DNA of 24,000 nucleotides from Acaryochloris thomasi RCC1774 (lineage in GTDB: Bacteria; Cyanobacteriota; Cyanobacteriia; Thermosynechococcales; Thermosynechococcaceae): positions 44,074 to 68,073 of the forward strand of contig NZ_PQWO01000011.1 in assembly GCF_003231495.1 (NCBI RefSeq). Reading direction: 5' to 3'. The notes under the pieces were generated by a model that worked only from the letters and a program-made list of their open reading frames with translations, was not told where the DNA came from and did not search any database. This document shows positions 16,448-24,000 of the stretch, piece after piece. Position 1 is the stretch's first letter. Every line of letters starts with the position of its first letter. Position numbers and translations under genes: made by a program.

Positions 16448-18928
16448 ATGTCATCCAATGATTCATCGTCTCAAGCTGCAGATCACCCAAAACCGTTGGC
16501 TTCAGACCCTCCACTTACCGAGATTTCGGCTAACCGCGACGCCCTTTTAGCCGCTTTAACACTGCGAATGCGGCGGTCGCTTAGCTCTAGCGAAATTCTG
16601 CAGGCCACCGTTACTGACCTGCAGCACTTTTTCGCAGCGGAGCGGGTGATTCTCTGTCGGTTCGGTGCTGACTGGCGCGGCATGGTGGTTATGGAGTCGG
16701 CGGGGGCCGGAGTTCCTTCGCTTTTGGGGACAGAAATTGACGCTCGCTCTTCAAGCTCTGACTGGATTGAATCCTACTTAAAAGGTGCAGGACAGGCGAT
16801 TGCCGATCTGACCGTCACCTCTGCAGAAAACGGTGACTTGTCAGAGGACCATCGTAATTTTTTGACGGCACTCCAGGCTCGCTCGCATCTGATCATGCCC
16901 GTTCTCCAGGACCATCAACAGGCCTCAACGCTTGGTGGTTGGGCTGCTAGCGCTCTTCAGGGGCGTTCTCAGCAGGCTCAATTATGGGGGCTACTGGTGG
17001 TGCAGCACTGTTCGGCCCCTCGGCAGTGGCAGGCTGCTGAGATGGAGACACTAGAGCAGTTGAGTACATTGGTTGCGATCGCAATTCGTCAAGGCGATCT
17101 CTATAGCGTTGCCCAAGCCGAACTGATCAAGCGACAGCGCGCCGACGCCGAAAAACGTCGTCTCAAGCAGGTGCTGCAGCAGCGACAGCAAAGTCAGCCC
17201 GCCCTCCATGACACCCTGCAGCAAGAAATTGCTCAGCGTCATCATCTAGAAGCTGTGCTGGCTCATGAACAATCCCTCGCTCAAGTAACGCTGCAGGCTG
17301 TCAGAGATGCTGTGATTACCGTTGATCTAGAGGGCGAAATTCAGACCCTCAACCCCGCCGCCGAACGCCTAACCGGGTGGTCTACAGTAGAGGCCCAGTC
17401 CCATCCTTTAATGACGGTCTTTCGGGTCGTTGATGAGGTCAGTCGTCAACCCCTGATCAGCCCGCTAGAACGGCCAGATGCCCGTGAATACCAGTTGGGT
17501 CTGCTCCTCAATCAAGGCGGTAGTGAACACCTCGTCGACATTGTTGTCATGCCCATTCACAACCAAGATGGGCAGCCCCTCGGCACTGTGGTTGTTTTCA
17601 ACGATGTCACCCAGTCTCATCAGCTAGAACAGGATCTTTCTTGGCATGCAACCCATGACAGTCTGACCCAGTTAATGAATCGACGAACCTTTGAACAAAA
17701 GCTGATCGAGACGATTACTAGAGTCAAAGACACGGATCAACAAAGCGTTTTGTGCTGCATCGACCTTGATCAATTCAAAGTGATCAACGATACCTGTGGC
17801 CATGTTGCCGGCGATCAGTTACTCAAGCAGGTGACGAACCTATTGAAGCAATGGACGCGATCAACAGATACCTTAGCGCGCCTCAGCGGTGATGAATTTG
17901 GCCTCTTGCTCCATCAATGCTCCTTAGAGCAAGCCTCCCAAACGGCAGACGACCTACGAGAACGGCTACAAGAGACCCCCTTCAAATGGCAGGGCCAACG
18001 ATTCAACGTCAGCGCTAGCATTGGTCTGGTCTGCATTGACGCCGATATCCACGATGCACCAATGGCTCTCAGTGCGGCAGATGCAGCCTGCTTTGCCGCC
18101 AAGCAAAAGGGGCGAAACAATCTTCATATCTACCGCAGTACCGATCAAGAACTCGCACAGCAGCGCAATGAGCGCCAGTGGGTTGCTCGCATTCATGAGG
18201 CTCTAGAGAAGGGTCGCTTTCGTCTCTATAGTCAGCCCATCCGCCCTCTAATCGCTGCCCACCCTGATATCCATTGCGAGGTCTTGCTGCGGCTCGTTGA
18301 GAGCGACGGAACGCTCGTTCTGCCGATGGACTTTATCCCTGCGGCTGAGCGCTATGATTTAATGCCCATGATCGATCGCTGGGTGGTTGAGACCTTTTGT
18401 CGTCACTATCAAACGCGTCAATCAAGGGCCAAGAATCTTCGCTGTCTCTACAACATCAACCTGTCGGGCACCAGCATCAACAGCCCTCAGTTTTTGACAT
18501 TTTTGCAGGATCAATTGGCTCGCTACCAGATTCTGCCCGAGACGATTTGTTTTGAAATTACTGAGACCGCTGCTATTTCCGATCTCGATCAGGCCGCTCA
18601 GTTTATTCAATCCTTGAGGCAGCTGGGCTGCAGCTTCGCTCTCGATGATTTCGGACGCGGCATGAGTTCCCTCGCCTACTTGAAAAACTTACCGGTCGAC
18701 TATCTCAAAATTGATGGTGGATTTATTAAGCAGCTTGTGAGCAGTCACACCGACGCCGCCATTGTGGACTGCTTTAATCACCTCAGTCATGAGCTGGGCA
18801 TCTCGACTATTGCTGAATGCGTCGAGAACGACATCACGCTGAAAAGGCTGAAAAGCATGGGAGTTGACTACGTACAAGGATTCGGGATTGCCAAGCCGCT
18901 TCCCCTCAAGTTCTCCTGTGCAGCCTAG
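16448..18928 (+). CDS. GAF-PAS-GGDEF-EAL cyclic-di-GMP signalling protein
   Basis: GAF region (ALTLRMRRSLSSSEILQATVTDLQHFFAAERVILCRF), PAS region (TLQAVRDAVITVDLEGEIQTLNPAAERLTGW), GGDEF domain with SGDEF signature, EAL domain with CEVLLR plus EITET, DDFG, LKIDG and AECVE motifs. ATG 16448 preferred over the upstream GTG at 16388. Confidence 0.93.
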   Translation: MSSNDSSSQAADHPKPLASDPPLTEISANRDALLAALTLRMRRSLSSSEILQATVTDLQHFFAAERVILCRFGADWRGMVVMESAGAGVPSLLGTEIDARSSSSDWIESYLKGAGQAIADLTVTSAENGDLSEDHRNFLTALQARSHLIMPVLQDHQQASTLGGWAASALQGRSQQAQLWGLLVVQHCSAPRQWQAAEMETLEQLSTLVAIAIRQGDLYSVAQAELIKRQRADAEKRRLKQVLQQRQQSQPALHDTLQQEIAQRHHLEAVLAHEQSLAQVTLQAVRDAVITVDLEGEIQTLNPAAERLTGWSTVEAQSHPLMTVFRVVDEVSRQPLISPLERPDAREYQLGLLLNQGGSEHLVDIVVMPIHNQDGQPLGTVVVFNDVTQSHQLEQDLSWHATHDSLTQLMNRRTFEQKLIETITRVKDTDQQSVLCCIDLDQFKVINDTCGHVAGDQLLKQVTNLLKQWTRSTDTLARLSGDEFGLLLHQCSLEQASQTADDLRERLQETPFKWQGQRFNVSASIGLVCIDADIHDAPMALSAADAACFAAKQKGRNNLHIYRSTDQELAQQRNERQWVARIHEALEKGRFRLYSQPIRPLIAAHPDIHCEVLLRLVESDGTLVLPMDFIPAAERYDLMPMIDRWVVETFCRHYQTRQSRAKNLRCLYNINLSGTSINSPQFLTFLQDQLARYQILPETICFEITETAAISDLDQAAQFIQSLRQLGCSFALDDFGRGMSSLAYLKNLPVDYLKIDGGFIKQLVSSHTDAAIVDCFNHLSHELGISTIAECVENDITLKRLKSMGVDYVQGFGIAKPLPLKFSCAA

Positions 18929-19038
18929 CGGTGGAGAGTAGAACCTCTTTTGTCCCTATCCAAGACCGCCCATAACTCAGCTTCCGAGCCGTAAGATAGG
19001 GGCAGACTTCCATCTCTTGCGGGTGCCGCAATCACGAT

Positions 19039-20241
19039 ATGACTTCCCTGCGCACGATTGCTGATATCAATCACAAAATTCGTCAGGGCTCGGTTAACGT
19101 GCTGACTGTCGAAGCTCTCAAGGCTCGGGTTGCAGAAGTCGGCGTTCCCCAAACGGCTCAAGAGGTTGATGTGGTGACCACTGGCACCTTTGAACCGATG
19201 GAATCCTCCGGCGCTATTCTCAATTTGGGACATACCGATCCGCCGATCAAAATTCGTCAGTGCTGGATTGATGGGGTGTTGGCTTACTCTGGCTTTGGTG
19301 CTGTCGATCTTTATTTGGGTGCCTCTCAGCCTGCTGAGACCGGTATTAGCGATAACGATGGAGAAGATGCTCGTGAGCGGGGTGGTGGGCATGTCATCGA
19401 AGACTTGATTGCCGGGAAAGCTCTGCCGCTGCGTGCGCTAGGCCAAAGCACAGACTGCTATCCACGCTCGGCCATGAACACGCTGATCACGCGCGAGAGC
19501 ATCAATCAGTTTTACCTTTTTAATCCGCGTAACCTTTATCAAAACTTTCTAGTGGGCGTCAACGGAGGCGATCGGCTCCTCAATACCTATTTGGGACCGC
19601 TGCAGCCTCAGTTGGGCAATGCGGTTTATTCAAATCCCGGTGCTCTTTCGCCTCTCCTCAACGACCCTAAGCTAAGACTCGTTGGAGTGGGTACAAAAAT
19701 TTTTCTCGGGGGCGGAATTGGCTACGTTACCTGGGAAGGTACCCAGCATTTTCCGCTGCAGAAAAGGTTGGCCAACAATACTCCCATTGGCCCCGCCGCG
19801 ACGCTAGCTTTGATTGGTGATGCCAAGCAGATGAACTCTGAGTGGGTTCGGGGCTGCCATTTCAAAAACTATGGCCCCTCGCTCATGCTAGGCGTGGGTG
19901 TTCCCCTACCCGTGCTGGATGAATCCGTGATTCAAGCCTGCGCCGTCAGCGACCAAGAGCTAGTTGCACCTGTGATCGATTTCTCAATTCCTCGACGGGT
20001 GAGACCGACCTTTGGACTCGTGAGCTATGCGCAGCTAAAGTCAGGTTCACTAACGATTGAACGCAAGCGAGTTCGCACAGCTCCCCTTGCGAGTCTCCAC
20101 TTATCGCGACAGGTGGCAATAGAGCTTAAACAGTGGATTGAGTCAGGCGAGTTTACGCTTACTGAACCCGTGGCAGAGATACCTTGCGATCGCACCTTCT
20201 TGCCGCAGGACAGCAGAGGGAGCCAGATGAATCTGACTTGA
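19039..20241 (+). CDS. DUF39/COG1900 homocysteine biosynthesis-type protein
   Basis: RTIADINHKIRQGSVNVLTVEAL, GAILNLGHTDPPIKIRQCWIDGVLAYSGFGAVDLYLGA, RERGGGHVIEDLIAGK, VGVGTKIFLGGGIGYVTWEGTQHFP and RVRPTFGLVSYAQLKSGSL are characteristic of the DUF39 family. Confidence 0.9.
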   Translation: MTSLRTIADINHKIRQGSVNVLTVEALKARVAEVGVPQTAQEVDVVTTGTFEPMESSGAILNLGHTDPPIKIRQCWIDGVLAYSGFGAVDLYLGASQPAETGISDNDGEDARERGGGHVIEDLIAGKALPLRALGQSTDCYPRSAMNTLITRESINQFYLFNPRNLYQNFLVGVNGGDRLLNTYLGPLQPQLGNAVYSNPGALSPLLNDPKLRLVGVGTKIFLGGGIGYVTWEGTQHFPLQKRLANNTPIGPAATLALIGDAKQMNSEWVRGCHFKNYGPSLMLGVGVPLPVLDESVIQACAVSDQELVAPVIDFSIPRRVRPTFGLVSYAQLKSGSLTIERKRVRTAPLASLHLSRQVAIELKQWIESGEFTLTEPVAEIPCDRTFLPQDSRGSQMNLT

Positions 20242-20251
20242 TCCCCTACAA

Positions 20252-20392
20252 TTAATCTTCGTGTTCTTCAAAGGGATCAGCGAGTGCCTGAGCTGGCGGA
20301 CCGAAGGCTGTGTATACAGCGTAGACCGTGAATGCAATGACGGTTGCCGCCAAAGTAATGATAAGAACTGTTGCCGGGTCTGAGAGTTGCAT
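20252..20392 (-). CDS. psbN: Photosystem II protein PsbN (46 aa)
   Basis: Manual translation of the minus strand gives MQLSDPATVLIITLAATVIAFTVYAVYTAFGPPAQALADPFEEHED*. YTAFGPP...LxDPFEEHED is the PsbN signature; divergent from psbH, as is standard. Absent from the supplied ORF track because it is shorter than 60 aa. Confidence 0.96.
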   Translation of the reverse strand: MQLSDPATVLIITLAATVIAFTVYAVYTAFGPPAQALADPFEEHED

Positions 20393-20470
20393 AATTTTTT
20401 GAGTCAGGTTCCTTTATAATATTAACGAATGTTAAAAAACTTTGTTCATTATTATTGTTACAGGTGACCT

Positions 20471-20674
20471 ATGGCAAGACAAACCTGGTTAGGCGACATC
20501 CTTAAGCCATTCAATTCCGAAGCAGGCAAGTTCGTTCCTGGCTGGGGAACAACTCCGGTCATGGTTGGATTTATGATTGCGATGGCGTTGCTATTGTTGA
20601 TCCTGCTTGAGATCTACAATTCTTCAATCATCTTGGACGGTGCAAGCGTTAGCTGGTCTAGCCTTGGCGGCTAG
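20471..20674 (+). CDS. psbH: Photosystem II 10 kDa reaction centre protein PsbH
   Basis: [62 protein letters not shown]. Confidence 0.97.
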   Translation: MARQTWLGDILKPFNSEAGKFVPGWGTTPVMVGFMIAMALLLLILLEIYNSSIILDGASVSWSSLGG

Positions 20675-20731
20675 GGCATCTGTCCTATTCCGCGATTGCT
20701 CCTAATGCCTTAGCGGAAAAATTGATATCTT

Positions 20732-20757
20732 AGCCCCGGTTCTGCCGGGGCTTTTTA
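20732..20757 (+). terminator. Rho-independent terminator after psbH
   Basis: AGCCCCGG-TTCTG-CCGGGGCT hairpin (20732-20752) followed by TTTTT. Confidence 0.9.
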
Positions 20758-20825
20758 TCGGCCCGCCTGCAGAGCGATGCTCTAGAATTCAAGGTAAGGC
20801 AATCATTTTTCCAGGAGGAGTCCCC

Positions 20826-21131
20826 ATGAACGTATTTGGCATTGGTCTACCAGAAATGGTGTTGATCCTTGTTGTGGCTCTCCTTATTTTTGGCCCCAAG
20901 AAGCTGCCTGAGATTGGCCGAAGTTTGGGTAAGGGCCTAAAAAGCTTCCAAGATGCCTCTAAAGAGTTTGAGACAGAGTTCAAGCGTGAGGCGGATCGCT
21001 TGAATGACACCCTCAGCGAACCCATGAAAGCAACGCTTGAGACACCGCCCCAGCTTGCTGAGTCACCCACAGACACCACAATGGATCCTCAGGAAACCAC
21101 AGTAGAGGCCCCCACCCCCTCAGAAACCTAA
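20826..21131 (+). CDS. tatA: Sec-independent protein translocase TatA/Hcf106-type
   Basis: MNVFGIGLPEMVLILVVALLIFGPKKLPEIGRSLGKGLKSFQDASKEFETEF; AGGAGGAG ribosome-binding site upstream. Confidence 0.93.
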   Translation: MNVFGIGLPEMVLILVVALLIFGPKKLPEIGRSLGKGLKSFQDASKEFETEFKREADRLNDTLSEPMKATLETPPQLAESPTDTTMDPQETTVEAPTPSET

Positions 21132-21754
21132 TGCCGACCCGTCCCCCCTCTTTAGTGATCCCTTCGCTGATTGTCGGTCTTGGTAATCCGGGCAGCAAGT
21201 ATGACAGAACGCGTCATAATATTGGCTTCGATGCTATTGATCGACTGGCGAGTCGATGGCAGATCCCGCTGGCAGAACAGCGTCGATTTCAAGGGGCAGT
21301 GGGCGACGGCATGGCGATGCCAGGGCACCGCATTCGGCTATTGAAGCCCCAAACCTACATGAATAGATCCGGGCAGTCTATCCGAGCTGTTCTGGATTGG
21401 TTTAAGCTGTCGCCGCAGTCTGTGTTGCTGGTCTATGACGACATGGATTTGCCGGTGGGTAAAATCCGGTTGCGACTGTCGGGTTCAGCCGGTGGTCATA
21501 ATGGGATGAAATCAACCATCTCTCATCTGGGGACTCAAGATTTCCCGCGGCTGCGAATCGGCATCAGCAACCCGCAGGCGTCTGGACCGTCGAAAGATAT
21601 GATCTCTCACGTATTGGGCCGCTTTGCGCCGCAGGAGCTGAAGGTGCTGCCTGCTGTTCTAGATGGCGTTGTCCAGGCCGTGGAAATGAGTCTTACGCAG
21701 GGTGTTGAGAAAACGATGAGTCTTTATAACGGTCTTGATTTAGCGACATTTTGA
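21131..21754 (+). CDS. pth: Peptidyl-tRNA hydrolase
   Basis: LIVGLGNPGSKYDRTRHNIGFDAIDRLA, LLKPQTYMNRSGQSI and VYDDMDLPVGKIRLRLSGSAGGHNGMKS. Start overlaps the tatA stop (TAATG). Confidence 0.97.
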   Translation: MPTRPPSLVIPSLIVGLGNPGSKYDRTRHNIGFDAIDRLASRWQIPLAEQRRFQGAVGDGMAMPGHRIRLLKPQTYMNRSGQSIRAVLDWFKLSPQSVLLVYDDMDLPVGKIRLRLSGSAGGHNGMKSTISHLGTQDFPRLRIGISNPQASGPSKDMISHVLGRFAPQELKVLPAVLDGVVQAVEMSLTQGVEKTMSLYNGLDLATF

Positions 21755-21830
21755 AACTGAGTAGCCTTGAACGCTGCCAAGTCGTGTTTTGATGATCTAG
21801 GATTATGCTTTGTCGCGCAATCACACTTCT

Positions 21831-22505
21831 ATGACAACTAGCACTCAATTTACGCCGACCCCTGCACAAGTGACGATTTGGTTGCGTGGGTTACTCACGG
21901 TGGCTTGGGCCGATGGGCAGTTCGATGCCGAAGAGCAAGCGCTGATTGAAGGACTTATCTCTCAAGATCCTGTGCCTGAGGTCAAGATAGAGACCTTTGA
22001 ACCGATCTCTGCGGCTGACTTAGCGGCAGGGCTAGGCGATGATCCGCAAACGGCTGAGAACTTTTTACGAACGGCTGTGATGGTTGCTTTAGCCGACGGT
22101 CTTTACTCTAGCCAAGAAGATCAGTTACTAACAGGGTTCGGCAAGGCCCTGAACCTCCAGGTCGATGCCCTCGATTCGCTCCGCCATACTCTAGATGGTG
22201 AACATTCTGATCTCCCAGCTGAGGCGCAGCCATCAGGACAACAGGCACCTGACGTCTTGAAACCTGTTCGACAATGGTTGGATGGCTTTGAAGTCCAAGA
22301 TCCTAAAGTTGCCAAGTTTTTGTGCTCTATGATTCCGTCCCAGTGCCCCTTTGAGCGCACGGTGACTTTGTTTGGCAAGAAAGTGGTTCATATCCCGCCA
22401 CTCTGCAAGCTCAATCCACTCTATGAGCAGTTGGTGGGTCTACGGTTTCGATCGCTATCTTACTTAGCTGACGATTGTAAAGAGGATGTTTCTGCTTACA
22501 TATAG
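21831..22505 (+). CDS. TerB-like N-terminal region fused to Mo-dependent nitrogenase C-terminal-like domain
   Basis: N-terminal ITIWLRGLLTVAWADGQFDAEEQALIEGL-type TerB-like pattern. C-terminal PVRQWLDGFEVQDPKVAKFLCSMIPSQCPFERTVTLFGKKVVHIPPLCKLNPLYEQLVGLRFRSLSYLADDC is the Mo-nitro_C-type pattern widespread in cyanobacteria. Confidence 0.85.
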   Translation: MTTSTQFTPTPAQVTIWLRGLLTVAWADGQFDAEEQALIEGLISQDPVPEVKIETFEPISAADLAAGLGDDPQTAENFLRTAVMVALADGLYSSQEDQLLTGFGKALNLQVDALDSLRHTLDGEHSDLPAEAQPSGQQAPDVLKPVRQWLDGFEVQDPKVAKFLCSMIPSQCPFERTVTLFGKKVVHIPPLCKLNPLYEQLVGLRFRSLSYLADDCKEDVSAYI

Positions 22506-22626
22506 CAGCGCAGACTCTAGAGCGCCATTGATACTTGTATTTGTGTAGACCGTGGGTGAGTTCAAATGGCTCTGGCCTGGGGTAGGGCAATCTCAAAAGA
22601 GGTAAGGACCACCCTTACATTAAGCT

Positions 22627-23265
22627 CTACGACTGTTGGCGTTTTTTTCGTGCCGCTAGAGTCAGCCCCAAGAGGAGACCGGAAGCCATAATACTTGAGG
22701 GTTCAGGTACCTGCACTGTCGCTACCCATTTATTGGTGCGAGAATCTGCATTTGTGTCACAAAACTGGCCTGCATCACAGCCGAAGATGCTAGTGAAGTT
22801 GGGCTGCCCCTGCTGCGAAAAGCCGTCTGACAGATTTCCAGTCAAGTCAGGGGAAAAGTTAAAAAAGTTTCTAAACTGAGTCACGGCAACGGTGTAGCTA
22901 CCTGGATCAAGGATAGGACGTAACCCAGAATCTGAGGCAGATCCGGTCACGGGATCAGATTGGCCGAACCCACTGTCGTCGTTGAAATCAATGAAGCTGT
23001 CGCTACTGTCAAAGAGAGAGAGGATGGGGTCAAAGCCACCTGCTTCGGTGCCGTCGCTAAGTGTGCTGCCGCCATAGGAGAGCGTTTCGATTGTGACTTG
23101 ACTTCGGTCACTAACCGTAAAGTTGAATAGAGAGACGTCATCATCTGTTGCTAGGCTACCGGAGAAGCTTAGACTGACAGCCTGTGCTTGTTGTCCTATT
23201 GAAGCAAGAACAATTCCGCTAGACAAGGCAATGCTGGCTGTGAGTGTCGTGAATGAATTAATCAT
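22627..23265 (-). CDS. PEP-CTERM sorting-domain protein (DVUA0089-like)
   Basis: N-terminal signal peptide; beta-rich body; C-terminal VPEPSSIMASGLLLGLTLAARKKRQQS is a PEP-CTERM tripartite signal. Confidence 0.85.
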   Translation of the reverse strand: MINSFTTLTASIALSSGIVLASIGQQAQAVSLSFSGSLATDDDVSLFNFTVSDRSQVTIETLSYGGSTLSDGTEAGGFDPILSLFDSSDSFIDFNDDSGFGQSDPVTGSASDSGLRPILDPGSYTVAVTQFRNFFNFSPDLTGNLSDGFSQQGQPNFTSIFGCDAGQFCDTNADSRTNKWVATVQVPEPSSIMASGLLLGLTLAARKKRQQS

Positions 23266-23313
23266 GTATACGCAGGTGGGCTTGGAGTTTACGTTGATAA
23301 GTTAGTGATTGTC

Positions 23314-24000
23314 TCACTTAGTTGATTCATTGTCCGCTTCATAGGTGGAAGCAATGTAAAGCTCTTGCAACTGTTTGGAGTCTACAGTAGATGGAGCTTG
23401 AGTGAGGAGACAGCGGGCTTGCTGGGTTTTAGGAAATGCGATCGCATCTCGAATCGACTGTTCCCCAGCCAACAACATAACAAGGCGATCAATTCCGAAG
23501 GCAATCCCGCCGTGGGGCGGCGTTCCGTACTTAAACGCCTCTAGCAAAAAGCCAAATTTGTCTTGGGCTTCCTCATCAGAGAGACCAATCGCTTCAAACA
23601 CTTTCTCTTGAAGATCGGCCTGATAGATTCGCAAGCTACCGCCGCCCAGCTCTAAACCGTTGTAGACCAGATCGTAAGCCTGGGCGCGAGCCGTCTTCAG
23701 ATCCTCTTGATCTTCAGGTAGCGGAGCCGTAAATGGATGGTGAATGGCTTCTAGGCGCTTTTCATCCGCGTTCCACTCAAACATCGGGAAGTCTGTGACC
23801 CAGAGCAAGTTGATCTGGTCTGGGTCAATGAGGCCCATCTCCTGCCCAATGGCGAGTCGCAGTCGTGCGAGGGAGGCATTCACAATCTCTGTTGGACCCG
23901 CTCCGAATAAGAGCAGGTGCCCTGGCTTGGCTCCAGTGCGCTCAAGCAGTTCTGCTGTGCGTTTGGGGCTGAGGTTATCTTTAATGGCTCCAATGCTGTC
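23314..24000 (-). CDS. aspS: Aspartyl-tRNA synthetase, C-terminal part (gene continues beyond the window)
   Basis: Frame stays open through 24000 ([48 protein letters not shown]...). Motifs [39 protein letters not shown] and [29 protein letters not shown] are class II AspRS motifs. Confidence 0.97.
   Translation of the reverse strand, partial: DSIGAIKDNLSPKRTAELLERTGAKPGHLLLFGAGPTEIVNASLARLRLAIGQEMGLIDPDQINLLWVTDFPMFEWNADEKRLEAIHHPFTAPLPEDQEDLKTARAQAYDLVYNGLELGGGSLRIYQADLQEKVFEAIGLSDEEAQDKFGFLLEAFKYGTPPHGGIAFGIDRLVMLLAGEQSIRDAIAFPKTQQARCLLTQAPSTVDSKQLQELYIASTYEADNESTK

Noticed and set aside
18925-19392. 155-aa minus-strand ORF opposite the start of the DUF39 gene.
   Set aside because: Antisense to a confident CDS; no recognisable domain.
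22506-22626. Possible bidirectional terminator GTAAGG-ACCAC-CCTTAC between the convergent 21831-22505 and PEP-CTERM genes.
   Set aside because: Only a 6-bp stem with no T tract; too weak to list as a terminator.
1-24000. Looked for defence systems, prophage genes, transposases, CRISPR arrays and biosynthetic clusters.
   Set aside because: None of the ORFs matches such components, apart from the TA remnants reported above; the region appears to be core-type chromosome.

Overview
This 24 kb window looks like a fairly ordinary stretch of cyanobacterial chromosome. The organism is probably a unicellular cyanobacterium. The support is psbN/psbH, ndhC/ndhJ, ftrC and 13 exact copies of the HIP1 octamer GCGATCGC that I counted by eye. 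Recognisable content, left to right: an orphan Phd/YefM-type antitoxin (-); ndhC and ndhJ with no ndhK between them; ftrC; rfbD (-); a VWA-domain lipoprotein/secreted-type protein; a DUF1643 protein; a PIN-domain toxin broken by a frameshift next to an intact Phd-like antitoxin; an ECM4/YqjG-like glutathione transferase (-); tRNA-Glu(TTC); rsmI; a membrane-anchored J-domain protein with an internally duplicated Gly-rich hydrophobic domain; a small membrane protein; a TPR protein (-); arsH (-); a small secreted protein (-); a COG4299/HGSNAT-like acyltransferase (-); a polysaccharide deacetylase; a GAF-PAS-GGDEF-EAL protein; a DUF39 (homocysteine biosynthesis-type) protein; psbN (-, too short for the supplied ORF track) divergent from psbH; tatA; pth; a TerB-like/Mo-nitrogenase-C-terminal-domain fusion; a PEP-CTERM protein (-); and the C-terminal part of aspS (-, runs off the window). 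I found no CRISPR array, prophage, transposase or convincing defence island. The observations most worth a second look are the duplicated Gly-rich membrane module fused to a C-terminal J domain, the ndhC-ndhJ pair without ndhK, the decayed toxin-antitoxin modules, and a small set of dispersed palindromic or intergenic repeats.
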